Positions 16,236 to 31,635 of a DNA stretch of 64,000 bases are shown here, piece after piece. The notes beneath the pieces were generated by a model. The model saw only the letters and a list, made by a program, of their open reading frames with translations. It was not told the DNA's origin and searched no databases. This stretch comes from Macrostomum lignano (Eukaryota), in assembly GCA_002269645.1 (NCBI GenBank), contig NIVC01000020.1, positions 868,001-932,000 on the forward strand. Reading direction: 5' to 3'. The translations under genes and the position numbers were made by a program. Each line of letters opens with the position of its first letter. Position 1 is the stretch's first letter.

Positions 16236-16864
16236 TCTATAAATAGTAATATCTCAAATTCGTAATAAAAATCTCGCGCTGGCTGAATCGTTCTAAAAGT
16301 GGAATTTTCACCTAAATGAAAGAATTTCGCACTTGCTGAATGGAGAGTTTCTCACCTAAACAGGGAATTCCCCACCTCGTCAGTGAAGAATTCCGCACTT
16401 GCTGAATGGAGAAGTCTTATCTTTTAAACGGGGAATTTCTCAACTTGTAAATGGGAATGCTTTACCCTTCTAACTAGAAAATTTCGCCCTTGCTAGATAG
16501 GGGAATTCCTTAATTTGCTAAGCGGGAGAACTTCTCACTTCTTAAATGTTAAAATATTAAAATTACTCCATTTCTGCTGATTCGAGGGAATCCCCTTGCA
16601 GATTAGGCAATATTGGGAGTACGCCACTTGAAAACAGAAACACGAACTCCAAGAACACTTTTAGTTGAATTTACTCTGCAAACAAAGCCGAACTTGCAGG
16701 AACCCGGACAGAGGGAGACCTGCTTGAAACTACTTTTAGTAGCCAATGCTTTCCACACTCTATAATCAAAGCGAATAGCAACTCTAAGAGTCTGTAAGCA
16801 TGGTGAATGTAATTCTATCCGTCTATGATTAAACAGTTAAATAACTAATCAGAGATTCAGAGAG

Positions 16865-17240
16865 ACAGAGATTCACAGAGAGTCAGCATCAGAGAGAGTC
16901 AGCGTCAGAGAGAGAGTCAGCATCAGAGAGAGTCAGCATCAGAGAGAGTCAGCATCAGAGAGAGTCAGCATCAGAGAGAGTCAGCATCAGAGAGAGTCAG
17001 CGTCAGAGAGAGTCAGCATCAGAGAGAGTCAGCATCAGAGAGAGTCAGCATCAGAGAGAGTCAGCATCAGAGAGAGTCAGCATCAGAGAGAGTCAGCATC
17101 AGAGAGAGTCAGCATCAGAGAGAGTCAACATCAGAGAGAGTCAGCGTCAGAGAGAGTCAGCATCAGAGAGAGTCAGCGTCAGAGAGAGTCAGCATCAGAG
17201 AGAGTCAGCATCAGAGAGAGTCAACGTCAGAGAGTCAGCA
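16865..17240. repeat. 16-bp repeat just 3' of the VGAT stop
   Basis: Unit AGTCAGCATCAGAGAG. Confidence 0.95.
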
Positions 17241-17297
17241 GAGCCGTGACCCCAGCCCAAATCACAGATCCGATCACGCAGTTGTCGCTGCCGCAGC

Positions 17298-20200
17298 TCA
17301 GGCCCTGGTGTAGGCGAAGGGGATGCTGGAGTTCGCCTGCTGCTTGCCGGTCATCTTGGCGTGCAGCGCGTAGCCGCTGATGAACATGCCGACGCTGCCG
17401 CACAGCACGCCAACGGCGATGATGAAGGCGTCGAACAGCCGGGTGTACAGCGGGCTGGCGTGCCGCTTCAGCACCAGGTGGAAGTAGGCGGGCCACACGA
17501 AGGACAGCATGGTGCCGGTGAAGCTGCCGATCAGGCCGCACAGCAGGGCGAAGTGCGGCACGGTGATGGCCACCACAAAGGTGAACAGCACCAGCAGGGC
17601 CCGCGGCAGCACCGCCCAGCACTTGAACTCCCGCTTCTCGTTCCAGCAGCTGGGCAGCGGCCGGCCCGTGAAGAGGCTGTTTTCCAGGAAATTGGCAGCT
17701 GCGAAGTAGGGCAGCGGGTAAGAGAAGAGCGCCTTCAGCGCCAGCGCGATGTTCACCGACACCCGCAGCGGCACATTCGTCAGGTTGTTGGTGATCTCCT
17801 CCTTTGTGCTGTCGGCGAAGGTCACGAAGCCGATGTAGCCGAACAGGGCCTTGAAGATGGCCGACAGCAGGTGCGTCCAGTTCATCATGCAGGCAAAGCG
17901 GCGCTTGTCGATCAGGCTGCCCTCCAGCGTCGGCAGAAAGATGTGCGACGTGTAGGAGAAGACAATGATGCCCAGCGAGATGGGGAATGTATAGATGTCT
18001 ATGTGGAACTGCACCTGCGGGATGGGAAATATGCAGATGTCTATGTAAAAACTGGGGAATGTGCAGATGTCTATGTATCAAACTGGGCAATGTGCAGATG
18101 TCTATGTATGAAACTGGGGAATGTGCAGTTGTCTATGTAAAAGCTGGGGAATGTGCAGATGTCTATGTAAAAACTAAGGGAATGTGCAGTTATCTACTTA
18201 AATGCTGGGAATGTGCAGATGTCTATGTAAAAACTAAGGGAATGTGCAGATATCTATGTAAAAGCTGGGGAATGTGCAGATGTCTATGTAAAAACTAAGG
18301 GAATGTGCAGATATCTACTTAAAAGCTGAGGAATGTGCAGATGTCTATGTAAAAGCTGGGGAATGTGCAGATGTCTATGTAAAAGCTGGGGAATGTGCAG
18401 ATGTCTATGTAACAGCTGGGGGATGTGCAGATATCTATTTAAAATCTGGGGAATGTGCAGATGTTACTATCAGTAGTCAGCTGGCCTCACCTTGGCGGGC
18501 TGCCAGTCGGCGGTGCGGGTGAGGCAGTAGACGATGATGATGCCGTTGATGATGACGTGGGTGACGGTGTTCCAGAAGGAGATGAGGCTCACGTGCCGCA
18601 GCGAGGTGAGCGCGGCGCACGGCAGCAGGCAGACAAAGCTGACGCTGACCCAGAAGGTCTTGCTGAGCCCGGCCCCTGGGAAGCAGAAGTACAGCAGGTC
18701 GCCGCACAGCACCAGGTAGAGAATGCAGGTCATCAGCGCCTCCGTGATGGCCGCCGCGTTCACCACCTGGCCGCCCAGCTGGCCGCGGAACACGAACTCG
18801 GCGATCTCCCGGTAGCTGCCGCGCACGCGGACGCCGTTCTCGTACAGGCAGTCCACCAGCACGCGGCCCGTGTAGCAGCAGACGAAGGCCACGAAGACGA
18901 TGCCCAGCACCGACCAGTAGCCGCCGTGCATCACCGCGTACGGCAGGCTGACCAGGAACATCCCCTGTGGGCGGTTCGGAATCTCACTCGGAATCTCACC
19001 CAGATTCTCACACTGAATCTCACTCCGAATCTCATTCGGAATCTCACTCGGATTCTCAAACGGAATCTCACTCGGAATCTCACTCGGATTTTCACTCGGA
19101 ATCTCACTCAGATTCTCACACCGAATCTCACTCCGAATCTCACCCAGATTCTCACACTAAATCTCACTCCGAATCTCATTCCGAATCTCACTCGGATTCT
19201 CAAACGGAATCTCACTCCGAATCTCACCCAGATTCTCACACTGAATCTCACTCCGAATCTCATTCCGAATCTCACTCGGATTCTCAAATGGAATCTCACT
19301 CGGAATCTCACTCCGAATCTCATTCCGAATCTCACTCGGATTCTCAAATGGAATCTCACTCGGAATCTCACTCCGAATCTCATTCCGAATCTCACTCGGA
19401 TTCTCAAATGGAATCTCACTCGGAATCTCACTCCGAATCTCATTCCGAATCTCACTCGGATTCTCAAACGGAATCTCACTCGGAATCTCACTCGGATTTT
19501 CACTCGGAATCTCACTCAGATTCTCACACCGAATCTCACTCCGAATCTCACCCAGATTCTCACACTAAATCTCACTCCGAATCTCATTCCGAATCTCACT
19601 CGGATTCTCAAACGGAATCTCACTCCGAATCTCACCCAGATTCTCACACTGAATCTCACTCCGAATCTCATTCCGAATCTCACTCGGATTCTCAAATGGA
19701 ATCTCACTCGGAATCTCACTCCGAATCTCATTCCGAATCTCACTCGGATTCTCAAATGGAATCTCACTCGGAATCTCACTCCGAATCTCATTCCGAATCT
19801 CACTCGGATTCTCAAATGGAATCTCACTCGGAATCTCACTCCGAATCTCATTCCGAATCTCACTCGGATTCTCAAACGGAATCTCACTCGGAATCTCACT
19901 CGGATTTTCACTCGGAATCTCACTCAGATTCTCACACCGAATCTCACTCCGAATCTCACCCAGATTCTCACACTAAATCTCACTCCGAATCTCATTCCGA
20001 ATCTCACTCGGATTCTCAAATGGAATCTCACTCGGAATCTCACTCCGAATCTCATTCCGAATCTCACTCGGATTCTCAAACGGAATCTCACTCCGAATCT
20101 CACTCCGAATCTCATTCCGAATCTCACTCAGATTCTCAAACGGAATCTCACTCGTAATCTCGTCTGGACTCCCTCTTGGAGTCTCACTCGGAATACCACC

Positions 20201-22708
20201 CTGAATCTCACATGAAATCTCACCAGGAACAGGAATCTCACCTGGAATATTATCTAGAATCTTACGAGTACCTGGAATCTCACCCGAAGTCTCACCCGGA
20301 TCCTCGTTATAGAGTGAGAAACCATGAGAAAACGTTAGAGTTAAATCGCAATCTCACTCGGAATCTCACCTACTCGAATTCCGATCCCCAAGCTCATCTC
20401 TGCCTTCCCATTATTTGGAAAACTCAGAATCCTCAGCCTTTTCTCTTCAAGCACCCCAGCAGGCGCTGAACTCAAGTTTCTAATCAATCCCCGCCCTCTG
20501 CAGATTCCTGAAGGTCCGGCCTGTCCGATCCGTCACCGGCCGAGGCGCCATCCGCCATCCATCTCCCCTCCGATCAGCAGCCCCTGCTAGACTGGCCGCC
20601 GGACGTGAGCAGCATCCCCCAGCCTCCCCAATCAGCTGCCCGGTGATCGATGAGGCACTCGGTGTCCGCACTTCCTCAGGCGTGGCGCGAACACTGGCAG
20701 CACCTGGCCACCTCTGCTCCGGCTGGAAGATGGGATCTTATCTCCTCTTGAAAATCCCCTCTTAAACTCGATTCCCCATCGAGCTGCGCTGCCGACTCCA
20801 CCGCCCCTCCCGAGGCTCCCATCAGGATTTAAGCGACAGGGGATTTCTAATTGGAAGTAATGATTGATAAATCAATTCCCCAGGGGCACCCGGGGCAGCG
20901 CAGATAAGCACAGCCGATGGATGCGAAGGGGATCAAATCTGGAGAACGGGAGAGATGAGGCAGAGACGAAGCGAGGCAAACGCAAGGGGAATCAAGCGGG
21001 GCAGCAACAAAGGATCTGCCGGGCTGCACAGCGGCAGCAGGTGGCCTGGGGCCGGCCGAGTTCTCAATATCCGCGAATGAGGGAGGCTGAGGGGAGATGA
21101 AGAGAGCTGAGGGATTTCTCTGAGCTGAGCCCGCGGGGTGAGGCTGGCTCGATTTCGACACATTCTTGTTTGCGGGGGCTGCGGCACCCCCCCCCCTCGC
21201 TGAAGTGTTTGCTCTGTTTCGAACTCTTGCCAGACTCTGAGCTCTTTGAGAAGCAATTTCTTGTTGCTAGCGGAGACCTCGGACCGGCTCAAGCAGACAG
21301 GGAACTGCCATTTCCGGCTGGGATTTCGGGGAGCACGCGAATCCGCCATCAATGAGAGGCCGTCAGCCTGGTCTGAGAAACAGAGAAAGTTTGCAGAGGG
21401 AAGCTGAGGGGTGGCTCAGTTTGGGCCAATTCTCACCTCCGCTGCGCCTGCTTGCATTATTAATGAGCAGTTTGCGCGACAGTTCCCATCCCGATCAAAG
21501 TCCCCATGGACTCAAATCCCCTTTTTTATGAGTAGCTGCAGCAACCTCTCTTCTCAACCGGGATGGCACAGTTTCCCAAACTATTAAATTCCACTCTAAC
21601 GAGCAGTTGAAAGCTTGATGCAGCTCAGCGGGGAGTCTGCGGGACTGATGAGGCTCCCCGATTGCTAACTGCAGCGGAAGCTGACCGGCACCTGGTGGCT
21701 GGACGAGATAAAAAACAACTTTAATTATCTTCTAGTTCTCTGAGAAGCTGATGATGCCGATTGGCACCGAAGGTAGGGGGGGGTCTTCAAGCTGCCAGGT
21801 GGTCAACTTATAAATCAATCAATTTTTGCAATCAATGGGTGACACCAGAATAACTTGCTCTGCAGAGACTTTCCCTGGCAACGCTGTGAGCACGAAATAA
21901 CCATCAATACAACCAATGCAGTCTTTAAAGCAGGCCCGTGTGCTAGTAGCACTGTATGACTGTATGACTGTAAGGCTGTATGACTGTATGACTGTAAGAC
22001 TGTGTGACTGTATGACTGTAAGGCTGTATGACTGTATGACTGTAAGACTGTGTGACTGTATGACTGTAAGGCTGTATGACTGTATGACTGTAAGGCTGTA
22101 AGACTGTATGACTGTAAGGCTGTATGACTGTATGACTGTAAGGCTGTAAGACTGTAAGACTGTATGACTGTAGGACTGTAAGACTGTATGACTGTAAGAC
22201 TGTAAGACTGTAAGACTGTATGACTGTAAGACTGTAAGAATGTAACACTGTATGACTGTAACACTGTATGACTGTAACACTGTATGACTGTAACACTGTA
22301 TGACTGTAACACTGTATGACTGTAAGACTGTAAGACTGTAAGACTGTAAGACTGTAAGAATGTAACACTGTATAGCTGGTAACTGTACCTTCTCACCAGC
22401 ACAGCGAGGGGGGGGGGGCTCACCTGAATGGCGTTGGTGACGTTCCAGCCGGCCTGCCACTCGTTGATCTGGTCCCGCCCCGAGCCGCCCGCCGTGAACT
22501 CGCCGTCGTCACCGCCAGCCCGACCGTCGACCGCGCCGTCGTCGGCCTCCTCCACGAAGCGGTGAAATCCCTGCAGGCTGTCCGTCGCGCCGCCGCCGCT
22601 GCCGACACCGCAGCTGCCGCTTCCGCTGCCGTCCTCAGGCAGCTTCGGCCTGGTCAGGAAAGTCCGCAGACGCTGCTGCGGCACCGAGTGAGAGCCGTAG
22701 CCGCTCAT
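17298..22708 (-). CDS. SLC32A1: Vesicular GABA/inhibitory amino acid transporter (VGAT/unc-47), about 491 aa
   Basis: Exons 22708-22424, 18964-18491, 18014-17298, all phase 0. EWQAGWNVTNAIQ|GMFLVSLPYAVMHGGYW, CCYTGRVLVDCLYE, FSYTSHIFLPTLEGS and KALFSYPLP are VGAT signatures. Confidence 0.95.
18025..18470. repeat. ~30-bp minisatellite in VGAT intron 2, homologous to the start of exon 3
   Basis: Unit GGGAATGTGCAGATGTCTATGTAAAAGCTG versus exon 17983-18010 GGGAATGTATAGATGTCTATGTGGAACT. Confidence 0.9.
18978..20160. repeat. 12-bp repeat with nested 60-bp and 408-bp higher-order structure, VGAT intron 1
   Basis: Monomer GAATCTCACTCG/CC; lines 19261, 19321 and 19381 are identical; ORFs 19108-19515 and 19516-19923 translate identically. 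Confidence 0.95.
21950..22375. repeat. 8-bp (CTGTATGA/CTGTAAGA)n repeat, VGAT intron 1
   Basis: Direct reading. Confidence 0.95.
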
Positions 22709-23049
22709 TGCCGCTGCATCGAATTCTGGGGGGCTGGGGACTCGCTCGAGCTGGCGCGCCGGGGCAGCTGCTCAATTTAATTTGAGTCCCGCCTGCCTCA
22801 CCCCACCCTGCAGGCTCCGGCCAATGGGGGCGACTGACCTCCCCTCCTCGCAAATCTGACCATCGCCTGCGGGGCTGCGAGCCGCTGCAAATGCGGTTCC
22901 CGTGTTGACCCCCTCCGCAGCTGTCCGAGTTCCCGCCGGACACTTGGCCGGGAAGAATTTTAATCCGCATGATGCCTGATTGTTTGATTGACACTGGCCA
23001 GGGCTGGGCCGATAGCCCCATCGGCCCCTCGGGGAAAATGCCGCTTGAC

Positions 23050-24240
23050 ATCTGACACATTCATCTGACATCTATCTGACACATCTATCTGACACATCCA
23101 TCTGATACATCCATCTGACACATCTATCTGACACATCCATCTGATACATCCATCTGACACATCCATCTGACACATCCATCTGACACATCCATCTGACACA
23201 TCCATCTGACACATTCATCTGACACATTCATCTGACACATTCATCTGACACATTCATATTACACAGGAATATGACACATTCATCTGACACATTCATCCGA
23301 CACATCCATCCGACACATCCATCTGACACATCCACCTGACACATCCATCTGACACATCCATCTGACACATTCATATTACACAGGAATATGACACATCCAT
23401 CTGACACATCCATCTGACACATCCATCTGACACATCCATCTGACACATCCATCTTACACACCCACCTGACACATCCATCTGAAACATCCACCTGACACAT
23501 CCATCTGACACATCCATCTGACACATCCATCTGACACATCCATCTGACACATCCATCTTACATAGGAATATGACACATCCATCTGACACATTCATCCGAC
23601 ACATCCATCCGACACATCCATCTGACACATCCACCTGACACATCCATCTGACACATCCATCTGACACATTCATATTACACAGGAATATGACACATCCATC
23701 TGACACATTCATCTGACACATCCATCTGACACATTCATCTGACACATCCATCTGACACATCCATCTGACACATCCATCTGACACATCCATCTGACACATT
23801 CATCTGACACATTCATATTACACCGGAATATGACACATCCATCTGACACATCCATCTTACATAGGAATATGACACATCCATCTGACACATTCATATTACA
23901 CAGGAATATGACACATCCATCTGACACATCCACCTGACACATCCATCTGACACATCCATCTGACACATTCATATTACACAGGAATATGACACATCCATCT
24001 GACACATCCATCTGACACATTCATATTACACCGGAATATGACACATCCATCTGACACATCCATCTTACATAGGAATATGACACATCCATCTGACACATTC
24101 ATATTACACAGGAATATGACACATCCACCTGACACATCCATCTGACACATCCATCTGACACATCCATCTGACACATCCATCTTACATAGGAATATGACAC
24201 ATCCATCTGACACATCCTTCTGACACATTCATCTGACTGA
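23050..24240. repeat. 13-bp repeat with composite variants, upstream of the VGAT start
   Basis: Unit CATCTGACACATC, interspersed with ATATTACACAGGAATATGACA blocks. Confidence 0.95.
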
Positions 24241-24589
24241 CGCAAAGCTGACGCCTAGCGTGATACGAGCACTTAAAATACAAAAATCTGACACACACAA
24301 CTGACACCCAACAGCGGCATCTGACACTAGCACCTGACACAAACCCCCTGACACCAGCACTTCGCAAATGACTTTATGAAAATACAGGAAAAGCAAAAAC
24401 GTCAACTAGAAAAAATTTCTTCATTCGAAAAAAAAACAAATTGTTTGTCAATCCATTGGTTTTGAGTTTTATTAGCTGAAAAATTCAAAAGAACTTTACT
24501 GTCGTAGTTCAAAAATAAAGATAGAAGTTTTCCCAGCTGGGCGCTGCAAGTAGTAACAAAGGCACTAAAGGTAAACATCCGTATTCAGT

Positions 24590-24845
24590 CTGTTGAATCT
24601 GTCAGTGAATGTGTCATTGAACGTCAGTAAATGTGTCAGACAATGTGAAAGTGAATGCGTCAGTGGATGTGTCAGTGGATGTGTCAGTGAATGTGTCAGT
24701 GAATGTGTCAGTGAATGTGTCAGTGAATGTGTCAGTGAATGTGTCAGTGAATGTGTCAGTGAATGTGTCAGTGAATGTGTCAGTGAATGTGTCGGTGAAT
24801 GCGTCAGTGAATGTGTCAGTGAATGTGTCAGTGAATGCGTCAGTG
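24590..24845. repeat. 12-bp repeat abutting the stop codon of the secreted protein
   Basis: Unit GTCAGTGAATGT. Confidence 0.95.
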
Positions 24846-25430
24846 GATTATCTTTCTGTCGCATTCCTCAGCCAGCTCGTGCAGGATTTTCTTGTCATAG
24901 AAGTAGTTCTCGGTGCGGAAGGCCTCGAGGCCGCAGGCTTTGACGGTCCTGATGGCCGGCCTGTAGACGCTGAAGCCGGCGCAGCTGCCGGCAAACTCGA
25001 GCACCCGCAGCTGCACGTCGGTCTCCCGACAATAGAAGTCCATGAGGCTGATCTTGATGCTGTTTGGCTTGTCCGACACGCACTGGTTGGTGCGGTAGTC
25101 CGGCTGCAGCAGGCTGGGGTCGGAGACCTCGCATTGGCGCACCGGGCAGACGCGCCTGGCGTTGCCGGCCTGGTCGCAGGTGCACCGAGTCACGGTGGCG
25201 TTGCCGGGCCCTGGCAGCCGCAGGGACAGCGCGCCGCCCTCTCGCAGATGGTGCGCCAGTTCGGGACAGAGGCGGGTCACCAGCAGCTCCGGACTCTCCG
25301 TTGGCTGGGCATCTGCAGCCGTCAGCAGAAGCAGAAGACAGCAGCAGACGCGGCTGAATGAGGATGAAGCGAGGTCTGAGAGCGACATTTTGCCCGTGGT
25401 TCTGTGGCCGCCTGGCTTGAAGAGGGACAT
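24840..25430 (-). CDS. Single-exon orphan secreted cysteine-rich protein (196 aa, or 182 aa from Met15)
   Basis: GC3-rich codon usage like the neighbouring genes; signal-peptide-like RVCCCLLLLLTAADA|QP; 10 Cys in the mature part; NAT sequon. No family recognised. Confidence 0.7.
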   Translation of the reverse strand: MSLFKPGGHRTTGKMSLSDLASSSFSRVCCCLLLLLTAADAQPTESPELLVTRLCPELAHHLREGGALSLRLPGPGNATVTRCTCDQAGNARRVCPVRQCEVSDPSLLQPDYRTNQCVSDKPNSIKISLMDFYCRETDVQLRVLEFAGSCAGFSVYRPAIRTVKACGLEAFRTENYFYDKKILHELAEECDRKIIH

Positions 25431-25909
25431 CCGACTAGCGCATATTTTATAACAGCCGAGCTGTCAGCTCTGCGGCCAATTAGACAGAACTGAGAGCCAT
25501 GGAGCTCTGGCCCTAGAATATGGACAGGCAGCTGCAAGCTGTTGTGCGAATGGCGGGTCTCCATGAATGAAGAGAAGCGTCACCCCGCCCCTGCCCTCCG
25601 TCCCTCACTGTCTGCATCGCGAGACGATAAAAAACGAAAACAGAAGGGGGCTGCTTTGTGCTTTTGACAAACAAAGCGTGGGAGTTACTCCGGGACAGTC
25701 TTGCTACTGTTTGCTTTAGCAGAAGCCTGCGAATGCAGAGGCACAAATACCCGAAACAGGCCCGTACGTAACGAAAACTTACGGCTCAGGCTCATGCAGA
25801 CACACAGAATTCCAGCAGTAGGCAGACACGGCGCAGGCATGCCCTGACTGGCATCAGCTGAGCTCATAAATACGCACAAATGCATAATACAGTGTCACAT
25901 ATTCACAAA

Positions 25910-26585
25910 GATTTACACAGACTCACGCAGATTCACTTTGATTCACAGACTCACCCAGACTCACCCAGACTCACAAAGATTCACACAGACTCAGATAGAC
26001 TCACACAGACCCACCCAGACTCACACAGACTCACTTTGATTCACAGACTCACCCAGACTCACCCAGACTCACACAGACTCACTTTGATTCACAGACTCAC
26101 ACAGACTCACAAAGATTCACACAGACTCACACAGACTCACTTTGATTCACAGACTCACACAGACTCACACAGACTCACAAAGATTCACACAGACTCACAC
26201 AGACTCACACAGACTCACACAGACTCACACAGACTCACACAGACTCACACAGACTCACACAAAGATTCACACAGACTCACACAGACTCACACAGACTCAC
26301 ACAGACTCACCCAGACTCACAAAGATTCACACAGACTCAGACAGACTCACACAGACCCACCCAGACTCACACAGACTCACTTTGATTCACAGACTCACAC
26401 AGACTCACACAGACTCACAAAGATTCACAAAGATTCACAAAGATTCACACAGACTCACACAGACTCATACACAAAGATTCACAGACTCACACAGACTCAC
26501 ACAGACTCACAAAGACTCACAAAGATTCACGCACTCACACAGACTCACACAGACTCACGCAGACTCACACAGACTCAAATAGACT
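25910..26585. repeat. ~10-bp repeat, intergenic
   Basis: Unit ACACAGACTC. Confidence 0.95.
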
Positions 26586-26788
26586 CAGCTGGATGAAAAT
26601 GAATAAAGCGAGTCTAGGTGAATTCAACGCAGTTTTGCTAGAAAGCTTAACAAGTGTTGCCGGGTGTTGCCCATTCGTGGCTCTCATGCCAGGCTCAGAG
26701 ACCGCATGGTGTCATCAGTAAACTGCCATAAATAAACAGCGCAATTTCAAAGTTCAAAGTTCAACGACGGCCGACCAACTCCAGCGAA

Positions 26789-29195
<2,407 letters not shown>

Positions 29196-29524
29196 GCTGT
29201 ATTCGAGAGTGACGCCTGTCGCTCAGCAGCTCTGAGTCAGAATTTTTGGCGACTCTCTTTATCTACCTGGCCCGGCCAGAGCGCACGCCTGAGAGATTTC
29301 GCGAGTAGCTCACGCTCAGGTAGGTGCCAGCCCGGGCCTGTAGGAGCGCGTCAGAGCCACCTGACCTTCGGGTGAGCTTTCGCTTGGGGGTCAGAGACGG
29401 ACTCAACTGATAAGAGCTGCGGACTGAAGGCTGGCTGTGTGGTATGAAATTCTTTGGCAGCAATACAAATTGTTCGGTGCGAGCTCTGCTGCCTCTGCAG
29501 TTATTTTTCGCTTGCTTCTGTGCA

Positions 29525-30100
29525 CTCAATTCTACCTGCTTACTGTTCTACCTGCTCTCAGTTCTACCTGCTCTCAGTTCTACCTGCTCTCAGTTCTACC
29601 TGCTCTCAGTTCTACCTGCTCTCAATTCTACCTGCTCTCAGTTCTACCTGCTCTCAGTTCTACCTGCTCTCAGTTCTACCTGCTCTCAGTTCTACCTGCT
29701 CTCAGTTCTACCTGCTCTCTGTTCTACCTGCTCTCACATCTACCTGCTCTCTGTTCTACCTGCTCTCAGTTCTACCTGCTCTCAGTTCTACCTGCTCTCT
29801 GTTCTACCTGCTCTCAGTTCTACCTGCTCTCAGTTCTACCTGCTCTCAGTTCTACCTGCTCTCAGTTCTACCTGCTCTCAGTTCTACCTGCTCTCAGTTC
29901 TACCTGCTCTCAGTTCTACCTGCTCTCAGTTCTACCTGCTCTCAGTTCTACCTGCTCTCTGTTCTACCTGCTCTCACATCTACCTGCTCTCAGTTCTACC
30001 TGCTCTCTGTTCTACCTGCTCTCAGTTCTACCTGCCCTCAGTTTTACCTGCTCTCAGTTCTACCTGCTCTCAGTTCTACCTGCTCTCTACTCTACTCTCT
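29525..30100. repeat. 16-bp repeat upstream of CYP
   Basis: Unit CTCTCAGTTCTACCTG. Confidence 0.95.
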
Positions 30101-30464
30101 ATTCTACTCCTCCGTAGTCACTGAAAGAAACTGTTGAGCTTCGGCTGAACTGCACTAGAAAATGGCATGATGCGATTAAAGAAATCCTGTCAACATGTAT
30201 TTGCATGCGCTATTGATGAAATCATGCAGTGTGCTACAGGTAAGAGCTGTGCTAAACATCGCGAGTTACAGAGCTGGGCCTGAAAAAGAATTGGGATAGA
30301 CAGAGCCGCTTTGTGAGGGAGTAACATTTCAGTATCAAAAATTTAAAGGAAAAAGTTCAGAGAAGCCACCGAGGACCGCGTGTAGTAGGAGTGACGTCAT
30401 ACTTTTAAAAAGTAAAGCCTAACTGATTAATGATTTATTTGATGTTGACTAGATATTTTTAGAT

Positions 30465-30765
30465 ATTGACTAGAGGTTGATTAGATATTGATTAGATATT
30501 GATTAGATACTGATTAGATATTGATTAGATAGTGATTAGATATTGATAAGATATTGTTTAGTTTTTGATTAGATATTGAGTGGATATTGATTGGATACTG
30601 ATTATATATTGATTAGATATTGAGGTTCACCAAAGATTGATTAGATAACTGAATAGATACTGAATAGATACTGATAAGATATTGATTAGATACTGATAAG
30701 ATATTGATTAGATACTGATAAGATATTGATTAGGTTATGATTAGACATTGATTAGACATTTATTC
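30465..30765. repeat. Degenerate 11-bp AT-rich repeat
   Basis: Unit GATTAGATATT. Confidence 0.85.
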
Positions 30766-31635
30766 AAAGTGCGCCTCGTCCATCTCCTACTATTTGCTGT
30801 CCTGGGGCAGAAATGACAGAACAGGAAAGCTCTACAAAGCGTGAATTTATTCATTGCCAATCATTTTGCCATGGCTTGCTCTCGCCAGAAGTTACATCAG
30901 CCCTGCCAGCCGCTCCCCGGGGGAGGCATGGTTTGAGGACAGCTGAAGGGGGCACAACAAACAGCAGCAGTTGCTGCGGAGAAGGCGGGCCGCTGAAGGC
31001 GGAGGCCACACAAGCAGCCGGCCAGACCTGCAGGCCAAATTTGCTTCAGCCTGGGGAGCAGTGCGCGGCAGCTGCAGGCTGCTGGACCCCCTGCCTTCTC
31101 TTCATCTCGCCCTGTCTGCCAGCATCCACCACTCCCCAGCTGCTTTCCCATCAGGGCGAGGCTCCGTTGCTCTGTCCCGCTCCCCTACCCCCCCCCCGCG
31201 CACTTTAGGACAACAGAAGGCTGGGAGCAGAGGTGGGGGCAAAGCACGGAGGATGAAGGGAAGAGGCTGAGCTGCTGCTCCAGCGCGGATGGAGCGGCAG
31301 GACAAGCAGCAGCGGCAGCTGGGCTGCTCAAACAATGGCTGAGTCCTGAGGGGCGGCCAAGGCGCCCTCCACCGACATTGGCGGCCGGGGCGGCTGCACT
31401 TTTGCGATTCCCCACCGACTGCCGCACGCCCCGAAGCTGCGGAGCTGCTCCATCACTGACAGAAGCGATTGCAAAACACCTGGCAACCAGGGGGGGGGGG
31501 GTTACTGGCTTGACTGCTGGGGACATTGCTGGTGTCGTTTGGGCGCATTCGTAGGAAGAAATGGCTGTGAAAAGTTGTGTTCGCGAGTCCTCAGTTCAGA
31601 CTGATGAAGATCAGAGTGTCAGCATCGCGGGAGCT

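Noticed and set aside
20460-21800. Unique GC-rich sequence in VGAT intron 1 as a nested gene
   Set aside because: The short ORFs lack codon bias, domains and consistent splice sites; it may be regulatory but nothing is supportable from sequence alone.
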